DNA from: Lysobacterales bacterium
GTDB taxonomy: Bacteria; Pseudomonadota; Gammaproteobacteria; Xanthomonadales; SZUA-5
Length of the DNA stretch: 64,000 nt
Assembly (NCBI GenBank): GCA_022844165.1
Contig: JALHMH010000001.1
Span: 128,001-192,000 of the forward strand
Reading direction: 5' to 3'
Under the pieces are notes generated by a model, which ran no database searches, had not been told where the DNA came from, and worked only from the letters and a program-made list of their open reading frames with translations. Made by a program: the position numbers and the translations under genes. Positions 49,092 through 58,209 of the stretch are shown one piece after another. Every line of letters starts with the position of its first letter. Within the stretch, counting starts at the first letter, position 1.

Positions 49092-49697
49092 ATGACAAAC
49101 ACCGAATTAGCCGAAGTCGAGAGTGTTGCCGACAAGCCCGAGCGTCAGCGCTTGTCCGCGCAGGATTGGGAAATTGCCGCGCTGGAGCTGATGGCAGAAG
49201 AGGGCGTTGCGGCGGTTGCCGTAGAGTCGCTCGCGCGTCGACTGGGCGTGACCAAGGGAAGTTTCTATTGGCACTTCAGTACGCGTGACGCGCTGATCGA
49301 GGCCGCGCTCAAGCGCTGGGAAGACACCGATAACCACAACACCATCGCCCGTGCCGAGCAAATCGAAAACCCCACCAGGCGCCTGCGCGAGCTGTTCCGC
49401 CAGACCAGTCGCGAAATGCGCTCGCACAAAATTTATGCTGCGCTGTTGAAGGCGGCTGACCATCCGGTCGTAGCGCCCGTCATGGAGCGTGTATCCAATG
49501 AGCGCATCGCCTATCTCGCGCGTGTGTTCGTGCAAGCTGGGATGCAGCCGGTCGATGCCGATCACCGTGCGCGCCTGACCTATTCGACCTACGTTGGCTT
49601 CCTGCAACTTGCCCTGCAGTTTCGCGCATCGCGTTTGAGTTCCGATGCGTTCGACGACTATGTCGGGCACGTGATCGACACTTTGGTCCCGAATTGA
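49092..49697 (+). CDS. TetR family regulator (TfmR-like by synteny with hydrolase-fadE)
   Basis: LARRLGVTKGSFYWHF helix-turn-helix. Confidence 0.9.
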   Translation: MTNTELAEVESVADKPERQRLSAQDWEIAALELMAEEGVAAVAVESLARRLGVTKGSFYWHFSTRDALIEAALKRWEDTDNHNTIARAEQIENPTRRLRELFRQTSREMRSHKIYAALLKAADHPVVAPVMERVSNERIAYLARVFVQAGMQPVDADHRARLTYSTYVGFLQLALQFRASRLSSDAFDDYVGHVIDTLVPN

Positions 49698-49740
49698 AGA
49701 TGTCGATGTTTTCGGCCCCCCGTTTGGCGGATCCGGCGAG

Positions 49741-50065
49741 ATGACGGACGCCTTCGATTTCATCGAGGTGTATCCCGAGGACTCGATCGCGTCTTGTGTG
49801 CGGAGAATTCGATATTTCGATGCCTGTGGGCAGGACATCCTTGAGAGGTATGCAGCTGAACTCCATCTCTCTCGGCGATAGCGTGTGCGCACGCGAGCAG
49901 AACGTTGCGCACCTGATGATTGACGATGCGGCGTCTCTGTACGCGCGTTTGGTGGGAAGCAACGTCACGATCATCAAGGAAATTCGCGGCGCCGACTTCG
50001 GACTGACCTGCTTTGTCTTTGCTGATCCGGATGGCAATCGAATCGACGTTGGACAAATGCTCTGA
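49741..50065 (+). pseudogene. Degraded VOC/glyoxalase family gene
   Basis: ILERYAAELHL is in one frame and NVAHLM...FVFADPDGNRIDVG in the next; the frames switch at a CT repeat near 49867-49873. Confidence 0.6.
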
Positions 50066-50188
50066 TCAGGCGCGCTCCATCAGCGCCGATGTTTGAGGTG
50101 TCGCCACTGCGTCAACTCGCAGTGAGTTTCCTTGATCGTTTCGAGGCAGCCGATGCGATCGGGTCTTGGCGCAAGCAAGTGTGTCACG

Positions 50189-50764
50189 TCATCCTTCCAG
50201 CCAGTTGGTCAGAACCTTCAGACCACGTTTGACCACTGCGGCCGGGGCATGGTGATATGCCGCCCACATCGCGATGCCGTTGAGCGCTCCGTTCAAAACG
50301 TGTGCCAGTGCCTCGATATCGCCTGCTTCGACCTCGCCGACTGCCTCCAGTTCTAACAGCGCGGAACGCAGTCGCTCCACACCGAGTTCGCTCTCGAGTA
50401 ATTGCGTCTGCTCGGCGTCGAGCACGGCTGGTGCGTCGATCAGTAAGATGCGGCGAACATCGGGTTTCAAAGTCGCTTGAAGGTAGTCGCCGCAAGCGCG
50501 CAAGAACCTGGCTTTCGACGGCGCGCCGCTGAGCCTGACGCCGACCCTCTGTGTGATTTCGTCAGCAATGTCGCGTACGACGGCGACGAACAACCCTTGT
50601 TTGCTGCCGAAATGGTGGTAGAGCGCACCCTTGCTCATGCCGGCTGCGCGAACAACTGCTTCAATGGGTGCATCGCCATAACCGTGTTGTGCAAAAGCGC
50701 TGCGAGCACGGAGCAGCAACTCGTTCCGAGTGCTTTCGCTCATTTCTGCGTTGGTGCGCGGCAT
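50189..50764 (-). CDS. TetR family regulator
   Basis: AGMSKGALYHHFGSKQGLF, RRILLIDAPAVL. Confidence 0.9.
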   Translation of the reverse strand: MPRTNAEMSESTRNELLLRARSAFAQHGYGDAPIEAVVRAAGMSKGALYHHFGSKQGLFVAVVRDIADEITQRVGVRLSGAPSKARFLRACGDYLQATLKPDVRRILLIDAPAVLDAEQTQLLESELGVERLRSALLELEAVGEVEAGDIEALAHVLNGALNGIAMWAAYHHAPAAVVKRGLKVLTNWLEG

Positions 50765-50781
50765 TCAGTTCTCCTTTCTTT

Positions 50782-50827
50782 CATACATACCGATGGTATG
50801 TTTAAATAAGTACTCACGGTATGTATG
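50782..50827. promoter_or_regulatory. TetR operator region
   Basis: Perfect palindrome ACATACC-GAT-GGTATGT (50785-50801); 11-bp inverted repeat CATACATACCG/CGGTATGTATG. Confidence 0.7.
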
Positions 50828-50855
50828 TTCCACCGCATGGGAAAGGAAGGCAAGC

Positions 50856-51701
50856 ATGGACAGTTTGGAAATTGCTCAAGAGTGGGAATGGGCAGCAGTG
50901 TTGTTGGGAGGCTTGATCTTGGTCTTGTTGCCGTTGGAGATCTGGCGTTTGCACAAAGCACGCGCGAACCGGCGTCGCTGGCTGGAGCTGCTGGCGAGCG
51001 CCAGCCCCATGCTGCCCACGCTGCTGGCCGGTGGCGTGGTCGCGGCATTCATAGTGTCGATTTACGGTGCGGCCAAAGCGATTGCGCCCTGGTCAATCCC
51101 AACAACGCCCCTCACCGTGGTTTCGACACTATTGGCTGTGGATTTCTTGTACTACTGGGATCACCGCTGTGCGCACGAGAATCGAACCTACTGGGCACTG
51201 GCGCATTCAGTACACCACAGTTCGCCGTATTTCGATCAAACGACGGGCCTTCGCGTGTCGTTTGCCGACGGCTTCATTTCGCCCTGGTTCTACCTGCCGT
51301 TGGTGCTGATTGGCATCGATCCGCTGCTGGTTCTGGGTGCGTTTGGCGTCATCATTGCCTATCAGCAATGGTTGCACACGGAGTTGATCGGCAAACTGCC
51401 GCTTCTTGATGCCTGGCTCAATACGCCTTCGAATCATCGCGTTCATCATTCCAACCAAGCGCAGTATCTCGATAGAAACTATGGCGCGATCCTGATGATC
51501 TGGGACCGGATTTTCGGCACCTATGCGTCGGAGCACGAACCTCCCAAATACGGTTTGACAGAGCAGATCGATTCGGCCAATCCGATCAAAGTACACTGCG
51601 CCGAGGCGGTTAAACTCGTCCGCGATGTGATGCGCAGCAAGCGACCAGGCGAGGCGCTGGGCTATTTATGGCACAAGCCCGGTTGGCGGCCGAAAGCATA
51701 G
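50856..51701 (+). CDS. Sterol desaturase/fatty acid hydroxylase family protein (alkylglycerol monooxygenase-like)
   Basis: His boxes YYWDHRCAH, HSVHH, QWLH, HRVHH; DRNYG, WDRIFGT. Confidence 0.9.
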   Translation: MDSLEIAQEWEWAAVLLGGLILVLLPLEIWRLHKARANRRRWLELLASASPMLPTLLAGGVVAAFIVSIYGAAKAIAPWSIPTTPLTVVSTLLAVDFLYYWDHRCAHENRTYWALAHSVHHSSPYFDQTTGLRVSFADGFISPWFYLPLVLIGIDPLLVLGAFGVIIAYQQWLHTELIGKLPLLDAWLNTPSNHRVHHSNQAQYLDRNYGAILMIWDRIFGTYASEHEPPKYGLTEQIDSANPIKVHCAEAVKLVRDVMRSKRPGEALGYLWHKPGWRPKA

Positions 51702-51772
51702 TTGAGCCAGGTCAATCGACTGGCCACAGCAAAGGTTTACGATGCACGTATCGATCCAATGGAGATCCGCCC

Positions 51773-52216
51773 GTGTACAAGCACATTCTGGTCCCGACCG
51801 ATGGTTCAGAGCTTTCGCAGAAGGCAATCGCTGCCGCAGTTGGTTTGGCAAAATCGCTCGACGCACGCATCACCGGTGTGTACGCAACGCCCGAATACAT
51901 GCCGCCGCTGGATTCGATGTTTCCGGCTTATGCCATGCCTTCGCGTGAGGAATTCGAAAAACAGGCTGCGGTTGAGTCCGACCTGGCGTTGAAGCCCTTG
52001 AAGGACGCCTGCATTGCCGCAGGCGTCAGCTGCGATACACATCACGGGACGAACAACCGGGCCTATCAGTTGATACTGGCCACGGCCAAAGAACGCGTAT
52101 GCGATTTGATTGTCATGGCTTCGCACGGTCGCGGCGGCTTAGGCGCGCTGTTGCTTGGCAGCGAAACACAAAAGGTATTGACGCATGGTCAAGTGCCTGT
52201 GTTGGTGGTACGTTGA
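51773..52216 (+). CDS. Universal stress protein
   Basis: YKHILVPTDGS, DLIVMASHGR, LGSETQKVL. Confidence 0.92.
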   Translation: MYKHILVPTDGSELSQKAIAAAVGLAKSLDARITGVYATPEYMPPLDSMFPAYAMPSREEFEKQAAVESDLALKPLKDACIAAGVSCDTHHGTNNRAYQLILATAKERVCDLIVMASHGRGGLGALLLGSETQKVLTHGQVPVLVVR

Positions 52217-52293
52217 ACGATGGCTCCGGGTTGGCGCAGGCCGTCGCGGGTTGCACGCGTGTCAAAACACGTTGCAACCCGCCGCCAGGCGCA

Positions 52294-53289
52294 TCAGAAC
52301 TCGCGCTCCAACCATCGGCCGGCCGTGCGGTGGAATAGTGCCGATTGTTCGACGGAACTGAGACCCAGCCGCTGAATATGTGAGCCCGGTACTTGTTCAC
52401 CGAGGGGAAACGGGTAATCCGTACCGAGCATGACTTGATCGGCGCCGCAAGTTTGCAAAAGGTAGCTGAGCGCTGCGTCGTCGTGCACGCAAGAATCAAA
52501 AAACAGCCGCGAAAGATATTCGCGCGGCGGGCGCTCATTGGCGATGGCGACCAAATCGGGCCGCATTCGATGCCCATGTTCGATGCGACCCAGGGTATAC
52601 GGGAACGAGCCGCCGCCGTGCGCAAAGGCGATTCGCAGATTTGGCACTCGCTCCAGTACCCCACCAAAAATCAGCGAGCAAATGGCGCGCGATTGCTCCG
52701 CAGGCATGCCAACCAACCAGGGCAACCAGTACTTCGGCATCGATGCTGCGCCCATCATGTCCCACGGGTGGATAAGTACCGCCATACCTAAGTCGGCGCA
52801 GGCGGCGAAGACGTCGAACAGTTCGGGCGCGTCCAGGTTCCACTCGCCCACATGCGAGCCCAGCTGCACGCCGGCCAGCTTCAGTTCCTCGCGGCAACGT
52901 CGCAGCTCGCGTATTGCCAGATCCGGGTCTTGCAAGGGCAGCGTGCCCAGGCCGATATAGTGCCGCGGATATTGCTGGCACACTTCGGCGACGTGATCGT
53001 TCAGCGCTTCGTGCAGTGGCAGCGCCTTGGCGCCGTCTGCCCAATAACAGAACATCACGGGGACCGTCGAAACCACCTGGATGCCTATGCCGAACCGCGC
53101 ATAGTCGGTAATGCGCTCGCTCGGATCCCAGGTGCGCGAATCGATCGCTCGGAAAAACTTGCCGTCCTTATAGATGTGGTGTTCGTCACCCTGGTGGCGA
53201 ATGACCGGGAAGCGCTCATCGCCGAAACGCTCGGCTAAATCGGGCCAATCGCGAGGCAACATGTGGGCGTGCGTGTCAATCTTCAGCAT
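52294..53289 (-). CDS. Amidohydrolase, 2-amino-3-carboxymuconate-6-semialdehyde decarboxylase-like
   Basis: IDTHAH, IHPWDM, WLVGMPAE, AHGGGSFP, LGTDYPFPLGE. Confidence 0.88.
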   Translation of the reverse strand: MLKIDTHAHMLPRDWPDLAERFGDERFPVIRHQGDEHHIYKDGKFFRAIDSRTWDPSERITDYARFGIGIQVVSTVPVMFCYWADGAKALPLHEALNDHVAEVCQQYPRHYIGLGTLPLQDPDLAIRELRRCREELKLAGVQLGSHVGEWNLDAPELFDVFAACADLGMAVLIHPWDMMGAASMPKYWLPWLVGMPAEQSRAICSLIFGGVLERVPNLRIAFAHGGGSFPYTLGRIEHGHRMRPDLVAIANERPPREYLSRLFFDSCVHDDAALSYLLQTCGADQVMLGTDYPFPLGEQVPGSHIQRLGLSSVEQSALFHRTAGRWLEREF

Positions 53290-53351
53290 CGTCGCAACTC
53301 CGTCTCAGGCGTTGCGTATCATAGGCGGCTCACTGGACTGGGAGATCGTCA

Positions 53352-53681
53352 ATGGACGTGATGCGACGGATACAGGGGCTCGTGGGCGAGCATCCGATCG
53401 TGCTCTTCATGAAAGGGACGCCGCAGTTTCCGATGTGCGGGTTTTCCTCACGCGCTGCGCAGTGCCTGAAAAACGCCGGTGCTCAATTCCATGCGGTGGA
53501 TGTGCTCGCAGATCCGGAAGTGCGGGCGGCGCTGCCGCAGTTTGCCAATTGGAAGACTTTTCCGCAGCTCTATGTGCACGGCGAGTTGATCGGCGGCTCG
53601 GACATCGTTGCCGATCTTGAGCAATCGGGCGAGTTGCGGCGGATGGTGGAAGACGCACAATCGCAGGTCCGCGCAGCTTGA
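53352..53681 (+). CDS. grxD: Monothiol glutaredoxin Grx4
   Basis: FMKGTPQFPMCGFS, W.TFPQLY, GGSDI. Confidence 0.95.
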   Translation: MDVMRRIQGLVGEHPIVLFMKGTPQFPMCGFSSRAAQCLKNAGAQFHAVDVLADPEVRAALPQFANWKTFPQLYVHGELIGGSDIVADLEQSGELRRMVEDAQSQVRAA

Positions 53682-54424
53682 GTCCGGCTGCGACTCAGCA
53701 ACTTGCCGGTCGGCGCATTTTGGTGGTTGGCGCCAATGGTGGCGTGGGCGCGGCGTTGGCCAAAGCGTGCGCGAACGACGGCGCGACGGTGGTGCTGATG
53801 GGACGTCGCGTCGCTGCATTGGAGCGGCTCTACGATGAGATTGAGCGGTTGGGCGCACCTCAGCCAGCCATTTATCCGCTGAACCTTGAGGGCGCTACAC
53901 CTGCCGACTTCGATGAGCTGTCGGTGCGCCTGGCAGACGGTCTGGGTGGGCTCGATCACATCGTGCATGCCGCAACGCGCCTGCACGGCCTGACGCCCAT
54001 CGAACTGACCGATGGTGAAGAGTGGCTGCGCACCTGGCAGGTGAATTTGCACGCACCCTATTTTTTGTGGCGTGCGCTGCTGCCGCTGTTACGCCAAAGC
54101 CAATCGCCTTCGATTCTTGCGCTCGTCGATTCCAGCGAGCGGCACACCGCTGCTTACTGGGGCGCCTACGGCATCGCGCAATGCGCTTTAAGAGCACTGC
54201 TGGCGATGGCGGCCAGCGAGTGGCAATCCGATGGTATTCGCGTCTTTGGTGTGGAACCGCCGCCGATGGCAACGGCATTGCGCCGTAAGGTGTTCGTGTC
54301 GGAAGCGCAGGATGGGCTCGCCGCGCCCGAAGCAGTCGCGGCCGCATTGGTTACGCTGATCGCGCGTGCCGCAGAGGTGCCCTCAGGCAGCGTCACCGCT
54401 TTGGAGTTGTCGGCATGGAAATGA
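53678..54424 (+). CDS. Short-chain dehydrogenase/reductase (YciK-like)
   Basis: GANGGVG, AYWGAYG; the YxxxK lysine appears replaced (YGIAQ). Confidence 0.85.
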   Translation: MSPAATQQLAGRRILVVGANGGVGAALAKACANDGATVVLMGRRVAALERLYDEIERLGAPQPAIYPLNLEGATPADFDELSVRLADGLGGLDHIVHAATRLHGLTPIELTDGEEWLRTWQVNLHAPYFLWRALLPLLRQSQSPSILALVDSSERHTAAYWGAYGIAQCALRALLAMAASEWQSDGIRVFGVEPPPMATALRRKVFVSEAQDGLAAPEAVAAALVTLIARAAEVPSGSVTALELSAWK

Positions 54425-55011
54425 GCATTGCATCGGCGGCGATCCTGCTGTTTCTGATCATGGATCCACTGGGGAACATTCCAGTGTTCTTGACCCTGCT
54501 CAAGAACTTGTCGGCCGCGCGTCGCAGAATTGTCTTGCTGCGTGAGCTGGTTATTGCGCTGGTGGTTCTGCTGGTCTTTTTATACGCCGGCCAATGGCTG
54601 CTCAAACTACTGCATTTGCGCCAGGAGTCGGTCAGCATCGCTGGCGGCATCGTCCTGTTCCTGATCGGTATACGCATGATTTTCCCGCCCAGCGAAGGCA
54701 TTTTCGGCGAGTTGCCGGATGGCGAGCCGTTTATCGTGCCGATGGCGATTCCGTGTATCGCGGGTCCCTCGACCATTGCCGCCTTGATGCTGCTCGGCAG
54801 CGACAATCCGGGGCGTCTGGGCGAGTGGACCATCGCGTTGCTGGTGGCGTGGGGAGCGACGGCAGTCTTACTCCTCGGCGCGACAACGCTGTACCGAGCG
54901 CTGGGCGAGCGCACTCTGAACGCAGTCGAGCGGCTGATGGGCATGCTGCTGGTTGCGATCTCGGTGCAGATGTTCCTGGATGGGATCAAGAGTTACCTGG
55001 CGGCTGCCTGA
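54415..55011 (+). CDS. MarC/YhgN family membrane protein
   Basis: IMDPLGNIP, IAGGIVLF, VPMAIP.IAGP, ERLMGM. Confidence 0.9.
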   Translation: MEMSIASAAILLFLIMDPLGNIPVFLTLLKNLSAARRRIVLLRELVIALVVLLVFLYAGQWLLKLLHLRQESVSIAGGIVLFLIGIRMIFPPSEGIFGELPDGEPFIVPMAIPCIAGPSTIAALMLLGSDNPGRLGEWTIALLVAWGATAVLLLGATTLYRALGERTLNAVERLMGMLLVAISVQMFLDGIKSYLAAA

Positions 55012-55102
55012 GCAGCAAGTTTCACGCAGGAGCCTGTCCGATGCGCGCAAATCACTACCGTTCGCGATCTCAAGTACTTTTTCTACATCCTCGTTAGCGC
55101 TT

Positions 55103-55429
55103 ATGCCGAAACGCATTGCGACCATCGCTGTCATCCTTGCGATCACATCAAATGCCGTCCCAGCCAATTGCTTTGTCGGCGAGTCCGATGGCGCAACTCT
55201 CACCGGCGTGCTTGAGCGCGTTACGTTCCCTGGACCACCGAACTATGAAAGCGTCGAGTCCGGAGATCAGCCTGAAACTGATTTCGTGCTTCAGCTGGCA
55301 AAACCCATTTGCTATGAGGAATCAGATGGAAACCTCGTATCTGCAGAGCGGTTGAAGTTGTTCCGAGCTGGTGGCGCGGCTTCTGTCTCTCTTTTGATTT
55401 CACAGCTGGCGTGTATCTTGTTGGGTTGA
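55103..55429 (+). pseudogene. DUF4431-like secreted protein, apparently truncated
   Basis: Signal peptide, TLTG...FPGPPNYES...GDQPE; in-frame TGA at 55427 is followed by a plausible continuation. Confidence 0.5.
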
Positions 55430-55602
55430 TTGCTTGGCGCCGAGGGCGCAAGTCAAGCAATGCGGCTTAACCTCTCAAGATTCTGTGCCATCGCCCCAGA
55501 GCATGACAGCGCCGAGCCGACGGGCGTTCGAGTTGGCTCGCGGCATGCTGCGAAAGCCGCCGATTTTCACCCTTCTCCCGCCCTGCCTTGGGCCGAAATC
55601 CG

Positions 55603-56247
55603 TCAGAAATCTCTTCCAATGACTTTTGGGGCACCACACTCGCTGGCGCGCATCGCGATGTGCATCAATCCGGCGGCCACGGCATCGCCAAGTGCGCTGT
55701 GGCGGTCTGGCATCGGCAGCTGCAAGGCGTTTGCGATGGCTTCGAAACGCAAGTCGGGCTCGATCTCTGGTTGTCGGCGACGCTGCAATTGCGCAAATTG
55801 GCGTTGCACATCGATGCGCTGATTGGGCAAGCCGAATCCCAGACGCGGACGCAAGGCGCGGTCCAGCATGGCAAAGTCGAAATCGATGCAATAGCCGACC
55901 AACGGACGGCTGCCGACCATCGACAGGAGAGCGTCCAACGCCGTATCGAGCGGGATGCCCGCGGCGATGTCATCGGGGCGCAGTCGATGATGCGCGATGG
56001 CTTCGGTGATACGTGTGCTGTCGCTACAAACGATCACGTCCAGACGCTCGCTCAGACGCATCAGGCGGCCGCGCGCCGGCACTGCGGCTATGGACAGGAT
56101 CTGATCGCGCGAAGGATCAAGGCCAGTTGTTTCCAGGTCGAGTGCGACCCACTCGTCGGTTGGCGCGGGTGCGAACAACATTGACCAGGGTCCGTGCGCG
56201 TGGCGTCGCCGCTCCAACCAGCGGGTCCAGGGCCAGGTCAGGCTCAT
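55603..56247 (-). CDS. DEDDh 3'-5' exonuclease (DnaQ-like)
   Basis: ALDLETTGL, FDFAML, RHSALGDA; start overlaps the DUF294 gene stop. Confidence 0.9.
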   Translation of the reverse strand: MSLTWPWTRWLERRRHAHGPWSMLFAPAPTDEWVALDLETTGLDPSRDQILSIAAVPARGRLMRLSERLDVIVCSDSTRITEAIAHHRLRPDDIAAGIPLDTALDALLSMVGSRPLVGYCIDFDFAMLDRALRPRLGFGLPNQRIDVQRQFAQLQRRRQPEIEPDLRFEAIANALQLPMPDRHSALGDAVAAGLMHIAMRASECGAPKVIGRDF

Positions 56248-58055
56248 AGATGGAACGTGCGGCGCAACAACGACTTGAAGCTATCGACCACGCCCAAGGC
56301 ATCGCGCAATAGCTCGCGGTCTAAGCGTCGCAGCTGCGCGATGCGCAGAAAATTGTCGGGCGTCTGGCCCTGTCGTGCGGTTTCCAACTGCTGGCTCAAA
56401 CGCAACCGCAGGAATACCGACAGCGCCTGTTGCACATCGCGGGCGAGTTGTTCGCTCATGCCGCCGGCGGCCGCAACGCCCTCGGCGCGGCGAAAACTAT
56501 TCCGATCGGGCACGCCGTGGCGCAGCGCGAGCGTGCGCAGACCATGGACCAGCGGAAACACACCGCCACGTTTGATGTCGGTGCCCTGGTCTCCGGCTTT
56601 CAGGTTGCCAAATAGCGTCAACGGTGTATGAAAAGCCAGCGCAGCAGCCGCAAAGTGGTGCAACACCACGTCATTGCGCGCGGCATCGAAAAACGTGGCG
56701 CGCAGGCTCTCGAAGAAATCGAGATGGCCAGCCACCGGACGCGCATCCACCGTGATCGCAAAATCCAGCAGCGCTTGTGGATCGCTACTGCGCGACCAGT
56801 GCGCGATCGACGTCCGCCAATGGCTCAAATCATGCCGCCAATGCGGATTGCGCACCATCACGCCGCCGGGACACGGGGGCCAGCCGCAGGCCTGAAGTTC
56901 ATTGCCAAAATCGATCATCGTGTCATTCAACTCTGGCCAATCCAGACCTTCCGGCAAAATGAGCGCATTGTCTTGATCGGTCTTGAGGATTTGTTCACGA
57001 CGACCTTCGCTCCCGAGCACCAGGAGGCATATTTGATCGCGCCATGGCGCAGGCACCATGAGTTCCCAAAGGCGGGCTAAAACGCGGCCGTTGAGTGCGC
57101 TCACCAGTTCCGTCAAGAAGCTGATGCGTGCGCCCTGCGCGTGCAGGCTACGAACCAGATCGGGGATGCGCAGTGCGGCGGCTCGCACATCCTCAACGCG
57201 CGATGCACGGGCCAGTTGCAAGCCGATCAAATGCGAATGGCTGGAGTAGTGGCTGAGCACTTCGGCCATGCCAATGGTGCCCAAAATCTGCGCGCCGTCT
57301 TGCACCACAACACGTTCCACATGGTGTTCGGTCATCGACACCAGCGCCTGAAAAAGGACCTCCTGGGGGCGAACGCCAACCAAAGGTCGGCGCAGTAGCG
57401 GGGCAATCGGATCGTTCGGGCTGCGGTCGTCCAGTGCCAGCGCATCGAGCAAATCGGTACGCGTCAGAATTCCGGGCCCCAGTTGGGTATCCGGCACCAG
57501 GGCGCAGCTCACGCCGAGCCGCTTCATTTCCAGCCGCGCCTCGCGCAGCGTGCTGTCCTTGTTCAAGAACAACGCCGGCGCCAATTGCGCATCGCCAACG
57601 CGCGTCAGCATCGCCTGCGCCAATTCGCCGGGGCGATCTTGCGCTGCCAACATCTGGCGCTTGGCGCTCAATCCCTCCAGGAACCAGGCAGCGAATGCCG
57701 GGTTGTCTTTCTGTGCTTTCAGAAATGCTGCCGCGTCGATGGCGAAACACAGACTTTGCTCCAGCGCTTCGTACGTGTAGCGCGCCTTTCCGGTCATCAC
57801 CGAAAAAGCGCCGATGACATCGCCAGGGCCGTACTCGGAGAAGTTCTCGCGTGTGCCTTCGCTCGTGATGCGCAAGGCCTGGAAGCGACCACGGTAAATC
57901 ACGAAGACCGCTGTCGATGCCGAACCTTCCTGAAGCGATGCCTCACCGGCGGCGAAGTACACCAGATCTGTCGATCGTTGCAGTCGCGCCAACTGGTCGA
58001 CAGACAACAAATCGAACGGCGGTTGGCGATGATCGAGGTCGACGGAACTGGTCAT
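56244..58055 (-). CDS. cNMP-binding/CBS/DUF294 nucleotidyltransferase-like protein
   Basis: PPFD.L, CBS pair, LGSEGRREQ..TDQDNAL, CPGGVM..NP.W, DIKRGG.FPLVHG.R. Confidence 0.9.
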   Translation of the reverse strand: MTSSVDLDHRQPPFDLLSVDQLARLQRSTDLVYFAAGEASLQEGSASTAVFVIYRGRFQALRITSEGTRENFSEYGPGDVIGAFSVMTGKARYTYEALEQSLCFAIDAAAFLKAQKDNPAFAAWFLEGLSAKRQMLAAQDRPGELAQAMLTRVGDAQLAPALFLNKDSTLREARLEMKRLGVSCALVPDTQLGPGILTRTDLLDALALDDRSPNDPIAPLLRRPLVGVRPQEVLFQALVSMTEHHVERVVVQDGAQILGTIGMAEVLSHYSSHSHLIGLQLARASRVEDVRAAALRIPDLVRSLHAQGARISFLTELVSALNGRVLARLWELMVPAPWRDQICLLVLGSEGRREQILKTDQDNALILPEGLDWPELNDTMIDFGNELQACGWPPCPGGVMVRNPHWRHDLSHWRTSIAHWSRSSDPQALLDFAITVDARPVAGHLDFFESLRATFFDAARNDVVLHHFAAAALAFHTPLTLFGNLKAGDQGTDIKRGGVFPLVHGLRTLALRHGVPDRNSFRRAEGVAAAGGMSEQLARDVQQALSVFLRLRLSQQLETARQGQTPDNFLRIAQLRRLDRELLRDALGVVDSFKSLLRRTFHL

Positions 58056-58066
58056 GGATCGGATCT

Positions 58067-58136
58067 CTAACGAGGCTTCGCCTTAGACCGCCGAGCATTG
58101 TTGGTTTCGTTCGGCAGCGTACTTGCCACAACCCCC
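58067..58136. repeat. Repeat family B, copy 2 (intergenic)
   Basis: 58/70 identical to 7067-7136 by hand count. Confidence 0.85.
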
Positions 58137-58209
58137 GCTGCAAGCTCAATCGGCCCCGAAGACCGGACCGACAGATGCCGGTCCGGCTGCTCCGTTACTT
58201 GAACATAGT

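Noticed and set aside
52294-53289. kynA plus the ACMSD-like gene as a tryptophan catabolic cluster
   Set aside because: The genes are about 44 kb apart and are ordinary kynurenine-pathway genes.
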